NCBI GenBank assembly: GCA_024650005.2
Contig: CP122380.1
Span: forward strand, 736,001 to 800,000
Length of the DNA stretch: 64,000 nt
Direction of reading: 5' to 3'
Source: Candidatus Bathyarchaeum tardum
Lineage (GTDB): Archaea; Thermoproteota; Bathyarchaeia; Bathyarchaeales; Bathyarchaeaceae
Shown here: piece by piece, positions 41,535 through 51,338 of the stretch
Position numbering within the stretch: position 1 is the stretch's first letter
Layout of the letters: each line of letters opens with the position of its first letter
Position numbers and translations under genes: made by a program
Notes under the pieces: generated by a model
Told to the model about the DNA's origin: nothing
The model's database searches: none
What the model saw: only the letters and a program-made list of their open reading frames with translations

Positions 41535-42923
41535 ATGAACAGATTTACACTATCAATATATGTGCTATTGTTGGTTCTTGCTGTTTTGTCTTTACCTCTA
41601 CTGGGTTCTGTTGCTTATGCTGCTGACGATTCTTGGGTGACCTTGGAACCGATGCCTACCGCCAGAAACGGGTTTGGTGTTGCTGTTGTTAATGGAAAAA
41701 TCTATGCTATCGGAGGATACAACCGAGCTAGCGGCAGTTATCTTGCATCTAATGAAATGTATGACCCTGCTACAAACACGTGGACCACAAAAGCGTCGAT
41801 GCCAACTCCACGAAGCAATTTTGGAATAGCCGTTGTCGACAACAAAATATATGCTATAGGTGGAGGTGCAATAAATGAAGTTTATGATCCTAAAACAAAC
41901 ACATGGGAAACGCTGACAGCAATGCCTACTCCAAGAAGGGGATTATCCGTAAGTACAGTGAATGGAAAAATATGGTGTATCGGAGGACATGTTGGGGAAT
42001 CCCCATATGCAAGAATTTCAGCAATTGAATTCTACGACCCAGCAACTGACACATGGAGCACTGCCAAAGAGATGCCCGTTGCTGTTACGGGTCACGCTTC
42101 TGCAGTAGTTGACAACAAAATCTACATACTCGGTGGTGCAGTTGGTTTGTCTTTTAATCAAATTTATGATACTGAAACCGACACATGGAGCAACGGAACC
42201 GAATTGCCCACAGGAGTGGATCCTGCCGCTGCAGCAGTGATTGTAGTTGAAGGAACACAGAAAATTTGTGTCATCGGTGGAAAAAAGAATCTGGATGCTG
42301 TTAATTTGAACCAAATCTATGACCCAGAAACCGACACTTGGAGCACAGGTGCATCAATGCCAACCTCAAGATATAGTTTAGAAGTTGCAGTAGTAGACAA
42401 CCTAGTGTACGCAATTGGAGGCGTAACAGGATGGCTTATTTATCCATCTGTTGGAGTAAATGAACAGTATACTCCAGCAGGGCATGTCCCAGAGTTTTAT
42501 TCTCAGGTTTTTGATGCTGGTACCTGGGAGGATACTCAATACACCGTTTTTGTGGTCAGCAATTCCACGGTTTCAGATTTTAGTTTCAATCCTGAGGGCG
42601 CTCAAGTAAGTTTTAAGATTGAAGGCGAACTGGGAACCATGGGCTTTTGCAACGTGACCATCCCAAAAAACCTGCTTTATGCCAAAAACGCTTGGACGGT
42701 CCTCGTAGACGGAATCTCAGTCACGCCTACAGTCAACCAGAAAGAAAACTACACCACACTCCACTTTACATACAGCCACGATGCCCAAACAATACAAATA
42801 ATCGGAACCGACGCAATCCCAGAGTTTCCCTCTTGGGCTATTTTGTCCCTAGTTATTACTGCAATGTTAGTGACAATAATCTACAAACATAGGCTGAAAC
42901 GGCTTCCTCTAAGGGGCGTGTGA
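41535..42923 (+). CDS. Secreted Kelch-repeat protein with PEF-CTERM
   Basis: Six repeats (KIYAIGG..YDP.T.TW...MPT.R); IPEF, TM and basic tail. Confidence 0.9.
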   Translation: MNRFTLSIYVLLLVLAVLSLPLLGSVAYAADDSWVTLEPMPTARNGFGVAVVNGKIYAIGGYNRASGSYLASNEMYDPATNTWTTKASMPTPRSNFGIAVVDNKIYAIGGGAINEVYDPKTNTWETLTAMPTPRRGLSVSTVNGKIWCIGGHVGESPYARISAIEFYDPATDTWSTAKEMPVAVTGHASAVVDNKIYILGGAVGLSFNQIYDTETDTWSNGTELPTGVDPAAAAVIVVEGTQKICVIGGKKNLDAVNLNQIYDPETDTWSTGASMPTSRYSLEVAVVDNLVYAIGGVTGWLIYPSVGVNEQYTPAGHVPEFYSQVFDAGTWEDTQYTVFVVSNSTVSDFSFNPEGAQVSFKIEGELGTMGFCNVTIPKNLLYAKNAWTVLVDGISVTPTVNQKENYTTLHFTYSHDAQTIQIIGTDAIPEFPSWAILSLVITAMLVTIIYKHRLKRLPLRGV

Positions 42924-42924
42924 T

Positions 42925-43992
42925 GTGAATAGGTTCAAGTCAATCATTGTTTTGTTTTTGGTTTTTCCTTTCTTGTTATCGCCTTTTTTGGTTTGTATTG
43001 TTTGTGCTGCTGAAGATTCTTGGGTGACCTTGGAGCCGATGCCTACTGCCCGAAGTGGGTTTGGAGTTGCCGTCGTAGACGAAAAAATATATGCTATTGG
43101 CGGTCAAAATTACCTTACTTATTTTGGTACCAATGAAATGTATGACCCAGATACCAACGCATGGGCTATCAAGGCATCCGTGCCAACGGCCAGAAGTAAT
43201 TTTGGAATAGCTGTTGTTGATAATAAGATATATGTAATTGGTGGAGGGGAAACCACAATAAATGAAGTATATGATCCCGAGACAGATACTTGGGAAACCA
43301 AAGCATCAATGAATATTGGGAGATCGGGGTTGTCTGCAAGTGTTGTGGATGGAAAAATCTACGTTATATGCGGACACCGAGGCAATCCCAGTTATGGGGT
43401 TTCTGCAATTGAAGTTTACGACCCCGCAACTGATACATGGAGCGTTGCCAAACAAATACCAATTGCTGTTACTGCTCACGCTTCTGCAGTAGTTGACAAC
43501 AAAATCTACATAATCGGCGGTTCCTTGGAATTAACTCACAACCAAATATTTGACCCAAAAACCAACACTTGGAGTACGGGAGCTTCTTTGCCAGTGGGTG
43601 TGGACTCTGCAGCAGCAGGCGTGATAACTGATTCGTCAGGGAAACAAAAGATTTGTGTTATCGGTGGAAAAAAGGACCTTGACGCGGTTGATTTTAATCA
43701 GATTTACGACCCAGAATCAGATACGTGGAGCATAGGCGCATCAATGCCAACTGCTCGTCTTAGTCTAGGAATTGCTGTCATCAATAACAATTTGTATGTG
43801 ATAGGGGGCGTTCTTGGATTCACTCCTGAGCCGGTTATCGCAACAAATGAAATGTATTCACTATCTGATAATTCCTTGGATGCATTACCTTGGATGCCAA
43901 TTGCAATCACAATTATTGTGGGAACTGCTATAACCATAACAGGGGCAATATTTTACAAAAAGAAACTAACAAAACATCAGATTAGAAACTAA
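42925..43992 (+). CDS. Secreted Kelch-repeat protein, tandem paralog, C-terminal TM
   Basis: Shares DSWVTLEPMPTAR and the Kelch blades with the previous gene. Confidence 0.9.
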   Translation: MNRFKSIIVLFLVFPFLLSPFLVCIVCAAEDSWVTLEPMPTARSGFGVAVVDEKIYAIGGQNYLTYFGTNEMYDPDTNAWAIKASVPTARSNFGIAVVDNKIYVIGGGETTINEVYDPETDTWETKASMNIGRSGLSASVVDGKIYVICGHRGNPSYGVSAIEVYDPATDTWSVAKQIPIAVTAHASAVVDNKIYIIGGSLELTHNQIFDPKTNTWSTGASLPVGVDSAAAGVITDSSGKQKICVIGGKKDLDAVDFNQIYDPESDTWSIGASMPTARLSLGIAVINNNLYVIGGVLGFTPEPVIATNEMYSLSDNSLDALPWMPIAITIIVGTAITITGAIFYKKKLTKHQIRN

Positions 43993-44136
43993 TAGTCGAC
44001 ATTTGCGGAAAACAACCTTTCAATCTGACAAAAACCAGATGTTATTTTTTGATTAATATTGTTATTTTTTTCTAGAAAATTTAAGCACATGATGAAAAAA
44101 ATTACATAAAAAAATTGTTTCGTAGCAGATACAATT

Positions 44137-44164
44137 GTTCTATCAAATAGAACACTATGTTCCA
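44137..44164 (+). promoter_or_regulatory. Triple half-site operator GTTCTA-N5-TAGAAC-N5-GTTCCA, 10 nt before TTAAAT
   Basis: Read directly; matches 8230 and 50910. Confidence 0.6.
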
Positions 44165-44214
44165 AAACATGGTGTTAAATACACGTTATTTTCATATCCC
44201 CTATGTGTAGAAAA

Positions 44215-44664
44215 ATGATTAAAATTAAACGACATATAAAAATTGTTGCAGTGGCTTGTTTCATTGTCATTTTTTCCATATCAGCTCTAATGTTAAGCCA
44301 AAAAAATTCTTTGAGCGAAAAAGATTTTCCTTTGGAGTTAGATTTTGATAAAACCGTTTTTAATGTGGGTGAAAAAATATCTTTTAACGCAACAATAATT
44401 AATAAAAGCGGTAAAGACGTCGATATGTTTTCCAACGGCGAACAGCCTGGGGTAATTTTTCGCAATGTCAATGATAACCGTACTTACGGTGAAACATGCC
44501 AAGGAGTCAAACAAATTTTCCAAGCGGAAGAAAAAATAACACGATTTTTTGAATACGAAGCCAGTGAAATAGGAACATACATCGTGGATGCATGTTACCG
44601 TATTACGGTCGATAACATTTGGATTCATAATAAAATAGACGACATTATCATTGAAGTAAGATAG
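44215..44664 (+). CDS. Membrane-anchored Ig-like (BsuPI-like?) exported protein
   Basis: N-terminal TM followed by a DKTVFNVGEKISFNATIIN beta-sandwich pattern. Confidence 0.65.
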   Translation: MIKIKRHIKIVAVACFIVIFSISALMLSQKNSLSEKDFPLELDFDKTVFNVGEKISFNATIINKSGKDVDMFSNGEQPGVIFRNVNDNRTYGETCQGVKQIFQAEEKITRFFEYEASEIGTYIVDACYRITVDNIWIHNKIDDIIIEVR

Positions 44665-44763
44665 AGAGAGTCAATTGTGTTTTTTATTAGTTGTTTAAAT
44701 TTACATTAGCGGGTATAAAACAAAAGTTCTGTTTTTATCCGACAAAACAACCTTTTTCAGAAA

Positions 44764-45156
44764 TTACTTTTTTGCAACTTTGAAGTGTGAGTTTCTTCCT
44801 GCGCTGACGTATTCTCCCCCGATTTCTCGTACAACAGATGCAATTTTGGCAAAATTGTCTGATCCAAGGAATCTTCTTGGTTTTACAATTATGTATTTTC
44901 CGCTTTGTTCGAACAGTAACATTCCTGCTAGTTCTGGAGAAAAGGCTTGTTTGACTTCGTTGATGTCTTTTTTTTCTCCTAAACTAGGCGCTCCAGTAGT
45001 TGGACTGGTTTGGGGGGTTGGTGTTGATTTTGTTCCAGTTGCTGATTTTAAGGATTTTGAAACATCAGAGAGGTCTTTTGCTATGACGTTTAGAACATTA
45101 AGTAGTTCGTCAACTTTTTGGGCTAAATCTTGAAGGTTAACTTTTTCTTCTCCCAT
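44764..45156 (-). CDS. Conserved hypothetical protein (coiled-coil, linker, small C-terminal domain)
   Basis: Clean 130-aa ORF with protein-like composition. Confidence 0.7.
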   Translation of the reverse strand: MGEEKVNLQDLAQKVDELLNVLNVIAKDLSDVSKSLKSATGTKSTPTPQTSPTTGAPSLGEKKDINEVKQAFSPELAGMLLFEQSGKYIIVKPRRFLGSDNFAKIASVVREIGGEYVSAGRNSHFKVAKK

Positions 45157-45288
45157 AACCAGCAGCTTCCATACTACAGGTTACAGTTACGTTACTTTTT
45201 TGTTTTTCCCATTCTAATTTTAATTTTTTATATTTTTAATTAGTTAATTGCTAAAACAGAATAACGTCTTTTCAGAGTAAACTCAAAC

Positions 45289-45603
45289 CTAGAACCCAAG
45301 CATTGATGAAACTAACTTGAAGTATTCCCGTAAACGAAGCTGATTAGTTTTGGAATAATCTTGGTTCATGAACTCGTTACAGATACACCCTAAATCTGTT
45401 TCTCGTTTAACCGTACCAAGTTTTTGGTAACAACAATCAAAGTTTTTGCATCCCAAACAAAATTCTTGGTACATCTCAACATTAAGTGCATTTCTTATTA
45501 TATTTGCTGCCCAATTAGGATGCGTAATAATGTATTCGTTGACTTCTGCACTCGACATTTTTGGTTTGCTCTGAAGTCTTTTCAGATCATCCATCCAACT
45601 CAA
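45289..45603 (-). CDS. Small Cys-rich hypothetical protein
   Basis: TTG start after ggggga; CLGCKNFDCC...CIC. Confidence 0.6.
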   Translation of the reverse strand: MSWMDDLKRLQSKPKMSSAEVNEYIITHPNWAANIIRNALNVEMYQEFCLGCKNFDCCYQKLGTVKRETDLGCICNEFMNQDYSKTNQLRLREYFKLVSSMLGF

Positions 45604-45733
45604 ACCAATTCCCCCGTAACATATTATCCAGCATAAACAGAAAAACTTTGCTATCCTTAATTTTTGCAATAATGTCTGCACAGAAAAATCCGTTGAAGTT
45701 TCAACATTAAATAACGGAACTGACACAATAAAC

Positions 45734-46777
45734 ATGACAAAAATGCTGGAAATAGATGGCAGCCAAAAAAGCGGCAGCGGAACAATTCTACGATTATCTG
45801 TTGCATTATCGGCTATCAATCAAGAACCTTTGCACATTTACAATATTCGTCATAACCGTAAACAACCTGGACTGCGACCACAACATCTTGAATCAATTAT
45901 TGCAGCAACAAAACTCTGTAACGCTGAAACAAAAGGTGTAGAACTTGATTCCCATGAATTATGGTTCAAACCAGACACTATCACGGGCGGTGAAGTAACC
46001 GCAAAAATTGGAACTGCTGGAAGCATTCCCATGCTCCTGTTAACTGTTTTACCGATTTGTGCATACGCAAGACAACCATGTAAGGTTCACGTGATGAATG
46101 GCGGAACCGATGTCCGGTACGCTCCAACAATTAATTACATCAAACATGTGATGTTGCCTGTCCTTGAAGAAATGGGACTAAAGGCTTCAATAACTGTCAA
46201 AAAATATGGTTATTACCCTAAAGGAATGGGCGAAATTGTCTTAAACGTTAATCCTGTTTCCTCTTTGCAGCCAATCAATTTAACAGAATTTGGCGCCATA
46301 ACTGAAATTGAAGGCATATCTGTTTGTACATTTCTAGAAAAACAAAAAGTTGCCCAACGTCAAGCACAAAAAGCTGCTAATTCTCTTGAAAACTGTGGCT
46401 ACAAAACAAACATTCACGTCCTTAATGACTATTCAAATCGTTTTCAGAAAGGCAGTTCCATCACTTTATGGGCAAAAACCAGTAAAGGTGCATTGATTGG
46501 AGCTGACGCTATTGGAGAAAAAAGAAAAACCAGCGAGGCTGTAGGTCAAGAAGCTGCTGAGAACCTTTTGAAAGAAATTCAAGCAAACGCATCGGTTGAC
46601 GTTCATCTGGCTGACATGCTTGTACCTTATGTTGGTCTAGCTAATGGACAATCGGCGTATTTTGTCCGCAAAATTACTGACCATATACAAACAAACATTT
46701 GGTTGATGGAAAAAATTTTAGGCATAAAAATTCAAGTTGAACCGTTAGACGCTGGTTTTCTAGTTCGAAAACTTTGA
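45734..46777 (+). CDS. rtcA: RNA 3'-terminal phosphate cyclase
   Basis: Motifs IDGS..SGTILR, PGLRPQH, TAGSI, GGTDV, GYYPKGMG, VDVHLADM and H..TNIW. Confidence 0.95.
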   Translation: MTKMLEIDGSQKSGSGTILRLSVALSAINQEPLHIYNIRHNRKQPGLRPQHLESIIAATKLCNAETKGVELDSHELWFKPDTITGGEVTAKIGTAGSIPMLLLTVLPICAYARQPCKVHVMNGGTDVRYAPTINYIKHVMLPVLEEMGLKASITVKKYGYYPKGMGEIVLNVNPVSSLQPINLTEFGAITEIEGISVCTFLEKQKVAQRQAQKAANSLENCGYKTNIHVLNDYSNRFQKGSSITLWAKTSKGALIGADAIGEKRKTSEAVGQEAAENLLKEIQANASVDVHLADMLVPYVGLANGQSAYFVRKITDHIQTNIWLMEKILGIKIQVEPLDAGFLVRKL

Positions 46778-46826
46778 AAAAAGTTAATAAGCAACTGACA
46801 GTTTTCAACAATATTGGGTTTATTTA

Positions 46827-47795
46827 GTGAATTTATGGAAACTTAGGCTGTCCTTAATTGGAACTGTGGCTGTTATAATAGGGTTGTCTACGCTTTTTTT
46901 CACTGTTATTTTGTCGTTAGCTGGCGTTAGTATCCTGTTATTGCCCTTCATCGTTGTTGTTTTCAATATCGTCCAATGGCTCATTGCTCCTTATCTTATT
47001 AGTGCAATGTACCGGGCAAAAGAAGTTAACAAAGCAGAAGACCCCGCTCTGTATAATATGGTGGAGCGGTTAAGTCAAAAAAGCAAAATGAAAACCCCTA
47101 AATTAATGAAAGCAAAAATGGCTATTCCTAACGCTTTTGCTTATGGCTCACCACTTACAGGAAGCAGGGTTGCAGTAACAACGGGATTGCTAGAAACACT
47201 TAATGAAGATGAAGTAGAAGCCGTAATCGGACATGAACTGGGACACCTAAAGCATCGTGACGTTCAAGTAATGATGTTTGTTTCCATATTGCCTGCAATC
47301 TTTTACTTTATTGGTTACTCAATGCTTCTTTCGTCACTGTTCGGTCGACGAGACAGCCGAGATAACGGAGGCACTGCAATAATTGGACTTGCAAGCATCT
47401 TGCTGTATTGGGTTCTTACTTTGTTCACCCTTTATTTGAGCAGAATACGTGAATACTATGCTGATCGGCACAGTGTGTCAATAGTTGAAAATGGAGCAAA
47501 TAAGCTGTCACAGGGACTGGCAAAAATTGTTAACTCTACAAGCAACATGAAACAAAGAGGTAAAAAGTCAGGCGCTGGAGATTCTAATTCCTTTAAAGCG
47601 TTGTTCATTTCCGATCCAGACCGTTCTGAAATCGATTCCGCGGCATTGCGCCAGATGAGCGGAGGTGTGGGCGATAGAAAACTTGTCGAAGAAGTTCTGC
47701 GGCGAAAAATTAGTACCTTTGACAAGATTATGGAAGTGTTTTCTACTCATCCAAACATAGTAAAACGATTACGGGCGTTACAGCAACTAGACTAG
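46827..47795 (+). CDS. htpX: Zinc metalloprotease HtpX
   Basis: Motifs PNAFAYG, GHELGH, SRIREYYAD and STHP. Confidence 0.95.
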   Translation: MNLWKLRLSLIGTVAVIIGLSTLFFTVILSLAGVSILLLPFIVVVFNIVQWLIAPYLISAMYRAKEVNKAEDPALYNMVERLSQKSKMKTPKLMKAKMAIPNAFAYGSPLTGSRVAVTTGLLETLNEDEVEAVIGHELGHLKHRDVQVMMFVSILPAIFYFIGYSMLLSSLFGRRDSRDNGGTAIIGLASILLYWVLTLFTLYLSRIREYYADRHSVSIVENGANKLSQGLAKIVNSTSNMKQRGKKSGAGDSNSFKALFISDPDRSEIDSAALRQMSGGVGDRKLVEEVLRRKISTFDKIMEVFSTHPNIVKRLRALQQLD

Positions 47796-47865
47796 AATTA
47801 CTATATTTGTAATTCTACCTTTTTTCTTTCTTTAAAATAGGTCAAGTTAAAATTGTGTTGCCCAA

Positions 47866-48048
47866 CTAAAGGGTTTCAAGCAATTTTTTTAGGGCTTCTG
47901 CCTCTTCTCGAAGCACAGCAACTTCACATTCTAAAGCGATGGCTTTTCCTTCTGCTGTTTGCCTGAGCAATTTTATTTCTTTTGACAGCTCTGCTTTTTC
48001 TTGTTCAAGTCTTTGGATTTTTTCTCGCATTTCAGTTAGTGACAACAC
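47866..48048 (-). CDS. Small coiled-coil protein
   Basis: Heptad pattern rich in L/E/K over 60 aa. Confidence 0.6.
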   Translation of the reverse strand: MLSLTEMREKIQRLEQEKAELSKEIKLLRQTAEGKAIALECEVAVLREEAEALKKLLETL

Positions 48049-48242
48049 TTAGTGAACCCCTTTGTTTTGTAAAATCGCTGCAGAATTGATATATCGCTTA
48101 TTGCAAAGGAAAATATACATCCGAAATTGACATATCTGCAACCAAAAAATCGTAAAAACATAAACATAACCCTGAACATATTGCGCCTTGATAATAAAAC
48201 TTGATAAAGTTAACAACTGATCAAACCTTTGAGCAAAAAACC

Positions 48243-48851
48243 ATGAAAGAATCAAATAATAGCCTCGAACTGGATTTGCAACTTGAAGTTGTTTCTTGGA
48301 GTCAAGTTTACAGGTCCCTTGTTGACATAGCTAAAGCAGTCCAAAGAAGCAGTTTTGTACCCGATGTGATAGTTGCTGTTTCTAGGGGCGGTTTGGTTCC
48401 TGCTCGAATACTATCTGACTTGTTAGAAAACTCAAATTTAGATACAGTTACAACACAATTTTATGTTGGAGTTAACGAAACAAAAAATAAGCCAACTATT
48501 ACAAAAGAAATATCGGGTTCAGTAGCTGGCAAAAAAGTTCTTTTGGTAGACGATTTGACAGATTCAGGTGAAAGCCTCAAACTTGTAATTTCCTATCTGA
48601 GCAGTAAAGGTGCTTCTATGGTAAAAACTGCAATGTTGCATCGCAAACCTTGGAGTGTTATTGAACCTGATTACTTCAGGTACGAAACTGCAAGTTGGGT
48701 TGTTTTTCCTTGGGACCAAAAAGAAAATGTTAAAAGATTATTTGAAAAACTTCAAGCCCTAGGAAACACTGTTAAAGACATTAAAGAAAAACTGATTAAC
48801 CTCGGGTTAAACAAGGAAGTTGTTAACCAAATTTCCGAGGAAAAAAATTGA
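48243..48851 (+). CDS. Purine phosphoribosyltransferase-like protein
   Basis: Motifs SRGG, VLLVDDLTDSGES and WVVFPW. Confidence 0.88.
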   Translation: MKESNNSLELDLQLEVVSWSQVYRSLVDIAKAVQRSSFVPDVIVAVSRGGLVPARILSDLLENSNLDTVTTQFYVGVNETKNKPTITKEISGSVAGKKVLLVDDLTDSGESLKLVISYLSSKGASMVKTAMLHRKPWSVIEPDYFRYETASWVVFPWDQKENVKRLFEKLQALGNTVKDIKEKLINLGLNKEVVNQISEEKN

Positions 48852-49411
48852 CCCCCAATGCGTTAGAAAACGAAAAAATTGCCATACTGGGTTTTCGTGA
48901 CGTCAAAATTGACAATATTCCTGCTTTTCTTGAACAGTTAAAAACACAAAACAGTGAGGTTACTTTTCAACTGTTTGATGCAAAAAACATAGCAGGTCCC
49001 CAGCATCTGTATTTTGCAGCTGTTAATGCGTTGAATACCTTTGCCAAAAAAACAAACATTTCAAACAATCTGCAAGTTGAAGCCTTGCTTTTTGCTTCTG
49101 CTCAACGGCAAATAACAAAGGCAGTAGAAATGTTGGGAATAAAAAAGGGCACCTCAGAGATAGCAGCCCTAATTTTTGTAGAAAACGAAAACCAAAAAAC
49201 TGATGCCATTCAAAGCTTTACTAAATTAATTTCTGGAAAAAGGGATGACTCTATAATATCCTTGACTAACGAAAAGACAGAAACCATCAAAAAACTGTTT
49301 GAAATTTCTGAACTTGAATTTAATGCTTGCCTCAAAAAAGAAAGCACTGAAAAAGAAACATTAGTTGACCTTGTTATTGAGCGCATGGCCTTACTGGTCA
49401 CTAAGGGCTAA
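48848..49411 (+). CDS. cgi121: KEOPS complex subunit Cgi121
   Basis: HLYFAAVNA..EALLFASAQRQITKA..GIK; C-terminal ERMALL. Confidence 0.88.
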   Translation: MTPNALENEKIAILGFRDVKIDNIPAFLEQLKTQNSEVTFQLFDAKNIAGPQHLYFAAVNALNTFAKKTNISNNLQVEALLFASAQRQITKAVEMLGIKKGTSEIAALIFVENENQKTDAIQSFTKLISGKRDDSIISLTNEKTETIKKLFEISELEFNACLKKESTEKETLVDLVIERMALLVTKG

Positions 49412-50011
49412 TGTAACAAATATTTGTTTAAGGCTTATTGGACCTGCTCGAAGGATTTTTGGTTTACCTAAAGTTAAATCTACAACTGTAGAAGGCGTTC
49501 CCTCAAGGGCAACTCCCCCATCAAGAACCATATCCACCTTTGCTATTAATTGTTCAGACATATCTTGAATAGACTTTGGAGGGTTTTCTCCTGATAAGTT
49601 GGCGCTCGAACCAATCAACAGACCACCAGACAACTGAATCAAACTCAAAGCAACGTTATTGTTTGGTATACGTAACCCCACTGAACCTAATCCTAAAGTA
49701 ACAACATCAGAAAGAGCACTTTTTTTTTGAAAAACCATAGTAAGGGGTCCTGGCCAGAACTTGGAAGCTAATTTTTTTCCACTTGCAGACATAAAAGCGA
49801 TTTTATCTACATCAGTTAAAGTTGCAGCTAAAACTGGAAAAGGTTTAGTTCTATTTCCTTTTATCTCTAAAACTCGTTTTACTGCTTCTGAGTTAAGGGG
49901 GTCACATCCCAGTCCGTATACTGTTTCTGTTGGATATGCTACTATTCCGCCTTGTTTCACTGTTTGAGCTGCTTTCAAAATGTTAATTTTTGTTGCTTTC
50001 AGAACTGTCAT
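49391..50011 (-). CDS. tsaC: L-threonylcarbamoyladenylate synthase (YrdC-only form)
   Basis: Motifs YPTETVYGL, K.NR..KP, FWPGPLT, SANLSG, PSTVVD and LRAG. Confidence 0.92.
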   Translation of the reverse strand: MTVLKATKINILKAAQTVKQGGIVAYPTETVYGLGCDPLNSEAVKRVLEIKGNRTKPFPVLAATLTDVDKIAFMSASGKKLASKFWPGPLTMVFQKKSALSDVVTLGLGSVGLRIPNNNVALSLIQLSGGLLIGSSANLSGENPPKSIQDMSEQLIAKVDMVLDGGVALEGTPSTVVDLTLGKPKILRAGPISLKQIFVTLALSDQ

Positions 50012-50106
50012 GTTCTCGTCGAATTGAATATTGTATTAGCCTGAATTAAATCTCTACCTATTTTTTTGTAAAAAAGAGAAAAAAAGAAAACTGTTGTTTA
50101 ACTTTT

Positions 50107-50802
50107 TTATCTTGACCTTGATTTTACTCGGGGTCCAAGAAGGGTCCAAAGCCATTCCACGAATTCTTGTAGGTTTTTGGTTTGTATGTAAACGTCGCCG
50201 GGACCTTGAATTTCTGTTACTAGTCCTTCACCACCTAATATGGTTGATTTCAAGCCTCCAAACTTTCGAACTTTGTAGTCACAGGTGTCACTGAAGGCAA
50301 CCAAATGGAAGTTGTCTACAATCAGGGTTTTTCCTGCTTCTAAAGTGTGTTTGTCGATGGCTCCGAAAGTGTTTATGAAAAGTTTTCCTTCTCCTTTGGC
50401 TTTGATCATGAATAAGCCTTGGCCGAACAAGCCCTTGGTGAATCCTTGCCATTTCATGTCTAAGTCTACACTTTGGGTTGATGCAATGTACGATGCAGAT
50501 TGTATGATGTACCCTTGGTTTGGTTTCACATCTAACGTTTCAATGTCCCCTACTGGCGCTGCAACAAAAGCAGCTTCACCGGGACTGTTTTGGGCAGTGT
50601 AGTCGTTTACAAAAAATGATTGGCGCCCTAAAATGGACAATCCTAAGCTACCTAGAATACTTTTTTCGCGTTTACGAGTGTTCACTTGTATGTTAGGGTC
50701 CATGTAGGTCATGGCACCTGCTTCAGCTGTTACTGTTTCGTTTGGGTCCAATTTCACGACAAGCATCGAATATGATGGTTTATACTTAATTTCATACTTC
50801 AA
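50107..50802 (-). CDS. TIGR00266/AIM24-family protein
   Basis: Motifs AEAGAM, FGQGLF, VDNFHLVAF, GGEGLV and GPGDVYIQT. Confidence 0.9.
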   Translation of the reverse strand: MKYEIKYKPSYSMLVVKLDPNETVTAEAGAMTYMDPNIQVNTRKREKSILGSLGLSILGRQSFFVNDYTAQNSPGEAAFVAAPVGDIETLDVKPNQGYIIQSASYIASTQSVDLDMKWQGFTKGLFGQGLFMIKAKGEGKLFINTFGAIDKHTLEAGKTLIVDNFHLVAFSDTCDYKVRKFGGLKSTILGGEGLVTEIQGPGDVYIQTKNLQEFVEWLWTLLGPRVKSRSR

Positions 50803-50909
50803 TTATGTTCACCCTTTTTTGATTCAATCAACTAATTTTTTACAAACTAGATACATACATCGTTAGTGCCTGTTGATTTAAAATTATCTTTCAAAGCTTT
50901 TCAAAACTA

Positions 50910-50937
50910 GTTCTAAAGTTTAGAACACCATGTTCTA
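50910..50937 (+). promoter_or_regulatory. Triple half-site operator GTTCTA-N5-TAGAAC-N5-GTTCTA, 10 nt before TTATAT
   Basis: Read directly; matches 8230 and 44137. Confidence 0.6.
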
Positions 50938-51000
50938 AACCGTGGAATTATATCGAATAAAACCCAAATAAACCAACATAAACCGTTGATGGTGCCAAAA

Positions 51001-51207
51001 ATGAAAAAATCAACAATCCTTTTCACAGTTTTAGCAGTAACCGCTTTTTTGGTTGCTACTGCTCTTGGATTACAAAACCCCAATGTCCCTGAAAGTCAAA
51101 TCGAATTACCTGAATCTCCCGAATCTTCCCAAGAAACCATAATTTCGTATACTTTACCTGAAAATAATGAACTAAACTTTGTTGTTCATCCTTTGTTAGA
51201 AACGTAA
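51001..51207 (+). CDS. Small exported/membrane peptide
   Basis: SD ggtg; signal-like MKKSTILFTVLAVTAFLVATALG followed by an acidic tail. Confidence 0.6.
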   Translation: MKKSTILFTVLAVTAFLVATALGLQNPNVPESQIELPESPESSQETIISYTLPENNELNFVVHPLLET

Positions 51208-51338
51208 ATCTGCTAATCTCTTTTACGTTATAATTTATCGTGGGATTCATCATAATACTTTTAAACAATGGCTTTTGAAGCATCACATTATTATTTCTCA
51301 ATTTTTATGTTTACGTTACAAACAGGTATTGATTGAAG

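Noticed and set aside
48848-50011. cgi121 and tsaC convergent overlap as a novel system
   Set aside because: Both belong to the known t6A pathway; short 3' overlaps are common in compact archaeal genomes.
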